A stretch of 64,000 nt of DNA from an uncultured virus (IMG/VR IMGVR_UViG_3300025915_000006) (lineage: Duplodnaviria; Heunggongvirae; Uroviricota; Caudoviricetes). Each line of letters starts with the position of its first letter. The stretch's first letter is position 1. The notes below the pieces were generated by a model. The model was not told where the DNA came from and ran no database searches. It saw only the letters and a list, made by a program, of their open reading frames with translations. Both the position numbers and the translations under genes were made by a program. Below are positions 56,552 through 64,000 of the stretch, piece by piece. The DNA lies in the IMG/VR virus record IMGVR_UViG_3300025915_000006; one strand, given 5' to 3'.

Positions 56552-56983
56552 TTAGATCACGCCCGAGTAAGTAACCCCCCCGGTCGTTTGAACGGTGATT
56601 GACAACGTGACCTTCGCGTCGGTCGCGTCGGCCAGTTCCCACTTCGTGACGATGCCGTCGAACACGAACGTATGGAACGTCGTCTTCGTGGAATCGGACG
56701 GAATCTGCAGCATGAATTGCTCCGGGTCCGCCGTCGTGTTGAACATGGTGAACATGTCCATCTGCTTCGTGCCGCCCGTGAAGTTGCATGAGAGCTGGAC
56801 CGCACCGTTGTCGGCGAGGCCCTGCAGATATTCCTTGCGGGTTGAACCCAGATGCGAAACGTCGATCAACTGCGCGGTGCCTTGCGGGCCGCCGATCGAG
56901 ATGACTTCCTCGATCGCCACATACGATGCCGGCGAGCCGGGACCGCTATGCGAGATTTTGCTGCCTTGGCTGTTGATGGCCAT
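56552..56983 (-). CDS. Major tail tube protein
   Basis: SQGSKI, IDVSHLGST.KEYLQGLADNG; GGAGAGG RBS. Confidence 0.9.
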   Translation of the reverse strand: MAINSQGSKISHSGPGSPASYVAIEEVISIGGPQGTAQLIDVSHLGSTRKEYLQGLADNGAVQLSCNFTGGTKQMDMFTMFNTTADPEQFMLQIPSDSTKTTFHTFVFDGIVTKWELADATDAKVTLSITVQTTGGVTYSGVI

Positions 56984-57090
56984 GTGCCTCTCCGATGTGA
57001 GTCGGGGCGGCGATGGCCGTCTGCGTAAAAGGGCAGACTAGCGGGCCCGAACAAGACCTGCGGTGCAAAGGCGGTGCGTATCAGGGACCG

Positions 57091-57216
57091 CTATTGCTTG
57101 AAATCTTTTGGATCAACCTCTTGTGGATACTTGACCTTGACGTATTCCTTCAGCGCCCCGGCGAGCATCTGCAGCACGCGGATCGTCGCCTGCAACAAGG
57201 CTTTTTCCGGCGTCAT
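57091..57216 (-). CDS. 41-aa amphipathic peptide
   Basis: MTPEKALLQATIRVLQMLAGALKEYVKVKYPQEVDPKDFKQ; ATGA-coupled. Confidence 0.55.
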   Translation of the reverse strand: MTPEKALLQATIRVLQMLAGALKEYVKVKYPQEVDPKDFKQ

Positions 57217-57572
57217 GCGTTGGCCCACAAGCTGAACTCGCGCGACTCGCGAAACAGCTTCGTGTCCGGCTCGTATCTGGGCGCGCCGCTTTCCTGGATC
57301 GCGTTGACTTGAAAGGCTCCGGACGCAAGGAGCAACGTCTGCGCCTCCATCATCTGCGCGAAAGCGCCGGACTTCGTAGTAGCCCACGAGTCGATCTGCA
57401 CAGTGCGCTTGATAAGCCCCGTCCTTCCATTCAGATCGAAGTCGTCATTGCCGGCAATCGAGGTAAACGTAACCGACGGCAGAACCGGCATTTGCGGCAT
57501 GACTTCCGGATAGGCGCGTAGTGGAGGACTTCCCGAAGTCAGGGCCGCGAACACGTCCTCGTCGATGCTCAC
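57213..57572 (-). CDS. Tail terminator (DUF3168-like)
   Basis: YP..MPQ..LP.VTF, VQIDSWA, YEPDTKLFR. Confidence 0.85.
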   Translation of the reverse strand: MSIDEDVFAALTSGSPPLRAYPEVMPQMPVLPSVTFTSIAGNDDFDLNGRTGLIKRTVQIDSWATTKSGAFAQMMEAQTLLLASGAFQVNAIQESGAPRYEPDTKLFRESREFSLWANA

Positions 57573-58051
57573 GACTTCGCCGCCCGCTCGACTGCCGTTG
57601 TCAGACCGCCTTTGATGGCGTCCAAAGCAGCGGTAACGTTATTCAGGAACGCCGGCCGCAGGAATGGACGAGCAGCCATCTTGGACGTGCCGAATTCCAG
57701 AAACCGGCCGTAAATCTGGGGGCCTGCCAATGCGTGGTACTTGCTCGCGCGCCCCTTGAGCCGGTTCTTCAGCGTGTCCGCCCGTACGGCGACCTTGATG
57801 TACTTCGGTGCCTTGCGCACCATGATCGTGTATTCGGCGACGTATTCCGGAGTCCTGCGGTGCGACGCGATAATGTTCGCCTGCAACAGCCCGCTTTTGA
57901 ACGGAGCTGCGGTCTTCGCCGCATCGCGTATGATTTTCGCGCCCGCAAAATCAGCGGTGCGTAAGCCATTCTTCGCGACGTTCGGGCCAAAGGCTTTCAG
58001 CTTGTCCGACAGTTCCTTGAAGCCGTTGAGTTTGATGGTGACGTTAGCCAT
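57569..58051 (-). CDS. HK97 gp10-like protein
   Basis: YGRFLEFGTSKMAARPFLRPAF. Confidence 0.92.
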   Translation of the reverse strand: MANVTIKLNGFKELSDKLKAFGPNVAKNGLRTADFAGAKIIRDAAKTAAPFKSGLLQANIIASHRRTPEYVAEYTIMVRKAPKYIKVAVRADTLKNRLKGRASKYHALAGPQIYGRFLEFGTSKMAARPFLRPAFLNNVTAALDAIKGGLTTAVERAAKS

Positions 58052-58445
58052 CGCCGGCAATCAGTCCAGAGTCGCAAAGCATGACGAGCCACGCATGTCG
58101 CATGTCGATGTCGATGATCGACTGGATGTTGTAATTGACGCCTGCATACTGAATCCGCATCGAAGCATTGACTCCCGTGCGATAACGGATCGTTATCCGC
58201 GTCGTCGTCTCGGCGTTCACCTGCTGCGCCGCGAACAGTTCGCGACCATTCAGCGGCTCGATCTTCGCCCGCGCGGTGAATACGTCGGTCCAGTCGTCCA
58301 GCGGCTGCCCGAAGGTATCCTGCACCTGCGACTTGCTCTGAAACGTGACGAAGAACCTGAGTTCGCACGCCGCGACCGGAGACTTGGACGCCTTGGACGG
58401 CGCAGCGAACGGCTTTAGGTTGCCCGTGAAGGCAGCGGAAGTCAT
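58044..58445 (-). CDS. Head closure / head-tail adaptor
   Basis: DTFGQ..W, IEPLNGRE, ITIRYR, YNIQSI. Confidence 0.9.
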   Translation of the reverse strand: MTSAAFTGNLKPFAAPSKASKSPVAACELRFFVTFQSKSQVQDTFGQPLDDWTDVFTARAKIEPLNGRELFAAQQVNAETTTRITIRYRTGVNASMRIQYAGVNYNIQSIIDIDMRHAWLVMLCDSGLIAGDG

Positions 58446-59143
58446 GCGAAGCCAATCCTGCGCTTGTACGGATCGAGCAGATACGTCACCGCGACCGGCA
58501 CGCTATTGATGTCGCAAATCGTTCCCTGCGTGCAGTTGTCGTAAATCTGCGACAGCGTCAGCAGAATCGCCGCTCTTAGCGCCTGCGGCATCTGGTAGTC
58601 CTGCGGACTCGCTCCGGGTGTTGAATAGCCGGCCTGGTAGCGAACCATGATCGGATTCGGAACGTCGTCGGTATTCGGCCACGTCGCATTTTGCGTGAGC
58701 CGGATACGGTCGGTGAAAAGGTCGGCGTTGTAGTCGGTAAAGCTGGAATCGGTCCCGTCCTGCGTGTAGGTCACCGACTCGATCCCGAGCAGCGGTCCCA
58801 TTGGCAACTCGAACTCGCGCGGCAGTCCGAAGCCTTGCAGCAGCCCGACGCCGAACGGATAGCCTCGATCCTCGGCACCGATGGACAGTTCCAGCGTCTG
58901 CGGTGCGAGCGAAGCGCCGAGATACTGTTCACACGCTTCTCTCGCCGCGGGCAGGTAGATGCCGGTTATCAGCGCGTCATCCGGATGGCTCGGCGGACTG
59001 CCGGTCGCCTCAATCCGTAGATGCGCTCTAGCCGTGTCGATGTCGATCGGCTCGTCAGTCGGCTGGACGGCGATCTTCAGGCCGCGCCGGATGTGAACGC
59101 GACGGATATACGGCCAGTAGGGACGATAAAGCGGATCATTCAT
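58442..59143 (-). CDS. Head-tail connector (gp6-like)
   Basis: EPI..ARAHLRI, AAREACEQY, YQAGY, PQALRAAILL. Confidence 0.9.
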   Translation of the reverse strand: MNDPLYRPYWPYIRRVHIRRGLKIAVQPTDEPIDIDTARAHLRIEATGSPPSHPDDALITGIYLPAAREACEQYLGASLAPQTLELSIGAEDRGYPFGVGLLQGFGLPREFELPMGPLLGIESVTYTQDGTDSSFTDYNADLFTDRIRLTQNATWPNTDDVPNPIMVRYQAGYSTPGASPQDYQMPQALRAAILLTLSQIYDNCTQGTICDINSVPVAVTYLLDPYKRRIGFA

Positions 59144-59793
59144 GGCTTCATCGGCTCCAAGGCTCGGTTAAGGGCGGCAAACCATTCTTCGGCGCCGGGA
59201 CTGTCGGCGTATTCGGCGAAACAGGGACTTCCGATCGTGAAATGCCTGAGCTTGTCGTCGTCTTGCAATTCCTGCTCCAGTACGAGTCGATTCCATTGCA
59301 TCGGAAGATCGCCGATCTGCTCGTCCTTGAGCCATGAAAAACGGTGCAGGAACGCGCCGTCGTGATTCGATACGAAGTCAGGCGTCAGCACGCGGTTCGG
59401 CATGTACCCGCAGTTCCACGCGATCACCGAGCTTTGATTCTTTCGCGGGTAATCGTGATTCGCGTAGCCCAGATACTTCACCGGATGCCTGGTCAAATAT
59501 TCGTGCTTGACCACGCACACGCCGCGATCAAGGCGCGTCAGTTCGGCGAGTTCGGCAATGTCGCCGCGCGCGACCATGTCGCCGTCGAGGAAAAGCGCCA
59601 CACCGCGAAAGCCGCAGCGATAGGGAACCAGAAACCGCGCGTAAGTAAACGTGTTGCTGCCGTCGCGTTGCTCGCCGCGAACGGGATGAAATGAAACCTC
59701 AGCCTTCGTGTTATCGAGAATCGACTGACAGCAGACGTGATAGGCAGCGGCCTCCCTCGGATCGAATCCGACGAAGACCCTTACCTCGTCCAT
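59140..59793 (-). CDS. GT-A glycosyltransferase (GT8-like)
   Basis: VFVGFDPRE, FTYARFLVP, FLDGDM (DxD), YPRKNQSS, HFTIGSP. Confidence 0.85.
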   Translation of the reverse strand: MDEVRVFVGFDPREAAAYHVCCQSILDNTKAEVSFHPVRGEQRDGSNTFTYARFLVPYRCGFRGVALFLDGDMVARGDIAELAELTRLDRGVCVVKHEYLTRHPVKYLGYANHDYPRKNQSSVIAWNCGYMPNRVLTPDFVSNHDGAFLHRFSWLKDEQIGDLPMQWNRLVLEQELQDDDKLRHFTIGSPCFAEYADSPGAEEWFAALNRALEPMKP

Positions 59794-59796
59794 GTT

Positions 59797-60435
59797 CTAC
59801 GGCGTCAGGATGAAGTCGCCGCTCAATTCGCGCTCGAGCGTATATCTGAGACCCAGCAGATAATCGACAGCGCCGAGTTTCGGCAGGCCAAAGCGCAAGG
59901 AATGCTCGCGCTTCTGCTCCACAATCACCACCGGACGACAGCGCTTGATGGTCTGTTCGCCCCCGCGCAGCACCGACAACTCGTGTCCTTCGGTGTCTAT
60001 CTTCACGAAGTCGACGTCGTCAAGCTCAAAACTGTCCAGCGTTCGCATAGGGACGCCGCCCGGTCCTTCGATCCATGAATCTCCCGAGCTCGTCGGCGAG
60101 GTGTGAATGGCGACCGATCCTTCGGTTTCGCTCAAGGCGCACGGATGCAGCGTCACGTTCAAGACTTCTACGTTCAGGGCGAAGCATTCGCGGTGCGCCG
60201 TCACCGGCTCAAACGCATGAACGTGCGCGAACCGCTTGGCAAGCTGCATCGTCCACATTCCAACATGAGCGCCCACGTCAACGGCTTTCCGGAACTGCTT
60301 GCAGTAGGACGTTGCGATACGCAGCTTCTTGATCTGATAGGAGCCCTTGCCGTCGATGATCTCGCCGGCCTTGTTCATCCAGTCGGTCAGATGCGTCTCG
60401 CCGTCAGGTAAATAAATGCCTTGATGCACGATCAT
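59797..60435 (-). CDS. FkbM-family methyltransferase
   Basis: VDVGAHVG, AFEP, DFVKIDTEGHE..VLRG. Confidence 0.92.
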   Translation of the reverse strand: MIVHQGIYLPDGETHLTDWMNKAGEIIDGKGSYQIKKLRIATSYCKQFRKAVDVGAHVGMWTMQLAKRFAHVHAFEPVTAHRECFALNVEVLNVTLHPCALSETEGSVAIHTSPTSSGDSWIEGPGGVPMRTLDSFELDDVDFVKIDTEGHELSVLRGGEQTIKRCRPVVIVEQKREHSLRFGLPKLGAVDYLLGLRYTLERELSGDFILTP

Positions 60436-60999
60436 TCATATCCTCCATGCCGAGGGAACCCAGCCATCGCGTATCTCATGCGGTTTCGGTCGGCCATGCA
60501 TCGACACATGCACGCAATCCGACGGCGGTACGTCCACACAGTCGTAGCGGTAGGAGCGACACAAGTGCGAAGGGAGCGCCTGCCAGCCGCCCAAGTGCGT
60601 TATCCAATCCTGATCCCCGCGAAAACGCTTCGGCACCGTCGCCGTGTAGCGCGTGAAAATCTCCGCGTGCTCGCCTGCATCCCAGACCATGACCGCCGAA
60701 GACAGCGTGTGCGTCTTCCAGCCCCAGTCGTTCAGGTCGATGATGCCCTTGGTATCGGCTAATTCCTCAAGCGAGCCGACGATCACCGAATCAAGGTCGG
60801 TATAAAGAACTCGACCTGAGAAGCGGCCTGGACGGAACAATTCAATCTTCGCCCACCAGCCTGCATCGCCTTCGTCCTTGAGACAAACGAAGTCGAACTC
60901 ACGCGACAGATTCCGCCTCACCATCGCATGGAGCGTATTGACGTACTGATCGCCGCGGCCCAGATAATTGCCATGATTGACGCACGCAACCGTCAGCAC
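60436..60999 (-). CDS. GT-A glycosyltransferase
   Basis: GWWAKIELF, YTDLDSVI, SAVMVW, GDQDWI, HGRPKPHE. Confidence 0.85.
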   Translation of the reverse strand: MLTVACVNHGNYLGRGDQYVNTLHAMVRRNLSREFDFVCLKDEGDAGWWAKIELFRPGRFSGRVLYTDLDSVIVGSLEELADTKGIIDLNDWGWKTHTLSSAVMVWDAGEHAEIFTRYTATVPKRFRGDQDWITHLGGWQALPSHLCRSYRYDCVDVPPSDCVHVSMHGRPKPHEIRDGWVPSAWRI

Positions 61000-61721
61000 G
61001 CGTTAAGACCGGCGATGACTTCATCTACGGTGATCGCCAGCATCGAAGCCTTACAGCCGTCACAGGGAAGCCGTGCGCCACAGTACGGTCCAGCGTGGCG
61101 AATGTTGCGGTGCTGCGCATAGCCTGTGAAACGCGGCTCTATGAACTCTGACCACAGAACCACAGCCGGAACGCCTAAAGCAGCCGCCGCATGATGCAAC
61201 GCTCCTTCGGAGCCAACGAAGGCACGACAGACCGACAGAACGGCCATCGCCTGCCGAAACTCGGTGGCAACGAACAGCACGTCGCGCAGCGCGCGCGTGT
61301 TGGCCGGTCCCACCTGCACGAAGTCAAGTCCGGCACGATCCACGACAGCCTGCCAACGCTCTACCGGCCACGCCTTATTGCCGCCCTGAACCTTCGTCCA
61401 TGGTTCAATCAAAACCCTGCCGCGATACGGTTCGGCAAACGCCTTTTCAGCGTCCGACAGAAAAATCTCGCCGGGGCTTATGTCCCATTCGCGCCATGTC
61501 CAGCGCTCCGCAGTTTTCGCCGCGATGTACGGTCTAATACCACCGCCATTGCGCAGCATCTGCACGTAACGCCCCATCGTTTGCACGATACGGGGGTTGT
61601 TCTCGAACACTTCCGACCACTGCGGCCTGTTTCCGCGTCCGACTATGACAACCCTGCGGCGCGTCGCTTCATTGATCTTCCGGACTTGGCCGGTCGCCAT
61701 TATCCAATCGCCGAGCCCCAC
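60993..61721 (-). CDS. GT9 (heptosyltransferase-like) glycosyltransferase
   Basis: MGLGD start, KAWPVERW, FVGSEGALHHAAAALGVPAVVLW, C..C..C tail. Confidence 0.85.
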   Translation of the reverse strand: MGLGDWIMATGQVRKINEATRRRVVIVGRGNRPQWSEVFENNPRIVQTMGRYVQMLRNGGGIRPYIAAKTAERWTWREWDISPGEIFLSDAEKAFAEPYRGRVLIEPWTKVQGGNKAWPVERWQAVVDRAGLDFVQVGPANTRALRDVLFVATEFRQAMAVLSVCRAFVGSEGALHHAAAALGVPAVVLWSEFIEPRFTGYAQHRNIRHAGPYCGARLPCDGCKASMLAITVDEVIAGLNAC

Positions 61722-61722
61722 T

Positions 61723-62289
61723 TCAGCGCCGGTAGAAGTACGTCTGCTCCGCAAACGGACCGTCTGTTACCTGCTCGACCAGGAATCCCAGCCCCAGCAT
61801 GACGGCACCGATGTCGTGCGCCTCGCCATGCGATCGGTCATCGACTATGACCTCGCCGACCGAGGACGACGGGTAGCGGATCACGCACAGGTCTTCCGAC
61901 GCATCGGCCAGCACGCGGCACGACTGCGACGGATTGCGCAGTTTGTGCAGAATCGCCAGCAGGAGGACGATGTCATAGCGCTCGGCGGGAACGAATGTGT
62001 TGGCGTCGCCCTCCTGCAAGCTAACATTTTTCCACTTCCGCGCAAGCCGCAAACCGAGTTCCACATGGCCCGCGACCAGTTCGACGCCGTCAACCTTAGA
62101 GGCCCCAGCCTTGGCGCACTCGACGCCGATCAGGCCCTCCGCACAACCGACATCGAGGACGCTGCTTCCGCGGACCTCGGCAAGCAATGGGTCAAGGCCG
62201 GTCATCTGTTGCTGAATCGTCCGATCACCGGCACGGCGACGCGTGACGAACCATCCGGTGGTCGCCTTCCTGCGGTCGCGGTCAGTCAT
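61723..62289 (-). CDS. Class I SAM-dependent methyltransferase
   Basis: VLDVGCAEG, DGVE, YDIVLLLAILHKL. Confidence 0.9.
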   Translation of the reverse strand: MTDRDRRKATTGWFVTRRRAGDRTIQQQMTGLDPLLAEVRGSSVLDVGCAEGLIGVECAKAGASKVDGVELVAGHVELGLRLARKWKNVSLQEGDANTFVPAERYDIVLLLAILHKLRNPSQSCRVLADASEDLCVIRYPSSSVGEVIVDDRSHGEAHDIGAVMLGLGFLVEQVTDGPFAEQTYFYRR

Positions 62290-62992
62290 TGAGCATCCGC
62301 CATGCGGTCCCGTCCCGAAACTCGTCCAGCGTCCATTGGTTATCGCTTAGGACTCCCGCCCACGTAAGGCGATCAGGCATTGGCAGGTCGTCAATGTCGC
62401 CCAGCGTCCCGGCCATCGGTGCGGCTGCACAAGCTCCGGTGCAAATTGCCGGAATGCCAGCGAGGATCGCCGTTATCGCTGCCGCCGATGAATGCGTGAC
62501 CAAACAGTACGCTCCGCGCAAGTCGTCGTGCAGCGTCTGTGCGAGTTTCAACTTGTCGGCCGACCACAACCGAATGCGAATCGGCCGGTCCGAGACCTTG
62601 TTCAACGCGACGACCGTGTCGGCCGTCCAGTCGCCGTAATAGCCTGCCAGCCGCATGAACGACTGACTCTGCGGACACAGGACGACATGCGTTCCAAAGC
62701 GGCGCCAGGGCCTGATTTCGATGCCTAGCGCACGGAATCTACCACCGTCGGAAACGCCGCGTCCGGAGTGCTGCATCGCGTTATGGGTCACGCGAAAATA
62801 CGTTCCGCGTTGCGGATCGGTATAACTGTTGTCGATGTACATAAAGTCGCGCTGCGACGTAAGCCAACCATCCATGTTGCTTTCGTCGACGCCGTAGAAA
62901 ACGGCACCGGCAGCATCCTTCGGCGCGCCATCAAGAAAGGATTGGCAGATGTCCGCCGACTTCTGCTTATTGCGAACCGGGAACGCTTGCAA
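62282..62992 (-). CDS. KpsS/KpsC-like (capsule synthesis family) protein
   Basis: GGAGGA + TTG start; YIDNSY, LVTHSSAAAITAILAGIP; paralog of the adjacent gene. Confidence 0.65.
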   Translation of the reverse strand: MQAFPVRNKQKSADICQSFLDGAPKDAAGAVFYGVDESNMDGWLTSQRDFMYIDNSYTDPQRGTYFRVTHNAMQHSGRGVSDGGRFRALGIEIRPWRRFGTHVVLCPQSQSFMRLAGYYGDWTADTVVALNKVSDRPIRIRLWSADKLKLAQTLHDDLRGAYCLVTHSSAAAITAILAGIPAICTGACAAAPMAGTLGDIDDLPMPDRLTWAGVLSDNQWTLDEFRDGTAWRMLND

Positions 62993-63737
62993 GAATCCTC
63001 CTGAACGGTTCGCCGGATTGAATCTCGTCGACACGCCACTGATTGCGCGCCATGTGGCGAAACGCTTCCAGACGCAGGGCATCGTCGGTGCATAAGGATG
63101 ACGGTTCCCTTGTCGCTGCGCCCTCGCAAATCCAGCGCGGCGCGTCGTAGATGACCGGGACGCCGAGTGACAATGCCTTGACACCGGACCCGCTGCTCCA
63201 GATTGCGCAGGCATGGGCACCCTGCAAATCCTCTTCCAGCGCACGCTTCGGCGGCTGATTGCCGGGATGCATCCGTAACCGCAAGGGCCGATCAGTCATC
63301 TTCCGCAGCCTGTCCATCATCTTGACGTGCCACTGCGGAGGGCTCGCCATCAGTCTGGAGCCGATGCCGCGTTGCGCGCAGACGAGGATATGCTCGCCCT
63401 GCGTCCACGGTTTCAGTTCAATGCCGAGCCGAGGGAAACGATCCTCACTGCCTGCCAAGCCGTGCTGATGCTGGCCAACGGAGAGCGCGTAGAGCTGTCG
63501 GCCATGCTCGTCCTTGCCGATATAGCCATTTTCAGCGATGACCACCGTTCCGCCGTCGCGCTCCCAGCGCTCCGCATCCCGGTCATCCGGCCCCATGCGA
63601 TTCCACAGGACGAGCAAATCCTGACGCGACTTCGGCTGGCCGGAAGCCTCGATTCGATAGCCGAGCGAATCCAGTCCATTGATGAACGCTTCGCGGCGAT
63701 AGTGCGGCTGCGCGCGAATCCTGACGACCGCGAGCAT
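62967..63737 (-). CDS. KpsS/KpsC-like (capsule synthesis family) protein
   Basis: AENGY, LRMHPG, WSSGSGVKALSLGVPV, QW..DEI.SG. Confidence 0.7.
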   Translation of the reverse strand: MLAVVRIRAQPHYRREAFINGLDSLGYRIEASGQPKSRQDLLVLWNRMGPDDRDAERWERDGGTVVIAENGYIGKDEHGRQLYALSVGQHQHGLAGSEDRFPRLGIELKPWTQGEHILVCAQRGIGSRLMASPPQWHVKMMDRLRKMTDRPLRLRMHPGNQPPKRALEEDLQGAHACAIWSSGSGVKALSLGVPVIYDAPRWICEGAATREPSSLCTDDALRLEAFRHMARNQWRVDEIQSGEPFRRILASVPGSQ

Positions 63738-64000
63738 CTAGGCGAGAACCGCTTCCAGCGTCTCGGCGCGAAAGCACTTCAGGGCACTTCCGGGCGTACA
63801 GTTGATCGTTTCCACACCGGCAGCCTCCAGGTCTTTCGCGAGTTGCGCGAATTCTCTTATCCACATCGCGAACGGCAGGCTCGAATTCAGATGCCGCGGA
63901 TGGTCGCCGTGATGATGCGATTTCCCACCGACACGCTTCATGTCGAAGCCGAGCAGAACGATTCTCTTCACCCCTGCTTGGTAGGCGAGATTGATCGCCT
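63738..64000 (-). CDS. DUF115/Maf-like putative glycosyltransferase, C-terminal part
   Basis: AINLAYQAGVKRIVLLGFDM..INCTPGSALKCF; frame open to the window end. Confidence 0.65.
   Translation of the reverse strand, partial: AINLAYQAGVKRIVLLGFDMKRVGGKSHHHGDHPRHLNSSLPFAMWIREFAQLAKDLEAAGVETINCTPGSALKCFRAETLEAVLA

Overview
The window is almost entirely one GC-rich, temperate, lambdoid-organised siphovirus genome with an HK97-type head. The host is probably proteobacterial (inferred from the tRNA-Ser att core and gene families). It appears to be the circular or excised form opened inside the head module: an intact attP (3' half of tRNA-Ser-CGA) lies mid-window with phage genes on both sides, the capsid ORF runs off the left edge, and head-operon genes resume at the right edge. 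No portal gene is visible; it is expected just outside the window. Left to right: fused protease-capsid, terL/terS/cos/HNH, large accessory structural-like genes, Q and late leader, nin-like region (RtcB, replication initiator with iterons, poly-Cys DNA methylase, VRR-NUC, ThyX), cII-cro/cI switch, early left operon (recombination genes, an IS1595 element with passenger gene, C5 methylase, xis-int), attP, morons, a dispersed lysis cassette, tail genes, and head-tail genes. Most notable: (1) at least 8 glycosyltransferase, methyltransferase and KpsS-like genes inside the head operon (candidate virion-glycan system); (2) a MotA/ExbB plus MotB/ExbD-like membrane module between endolysin and spanins; (3) two non-canonical tRNA-like RNAs alongside a phage RtcB. 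All family assignments come from motif recognition by eye, not from database searches.
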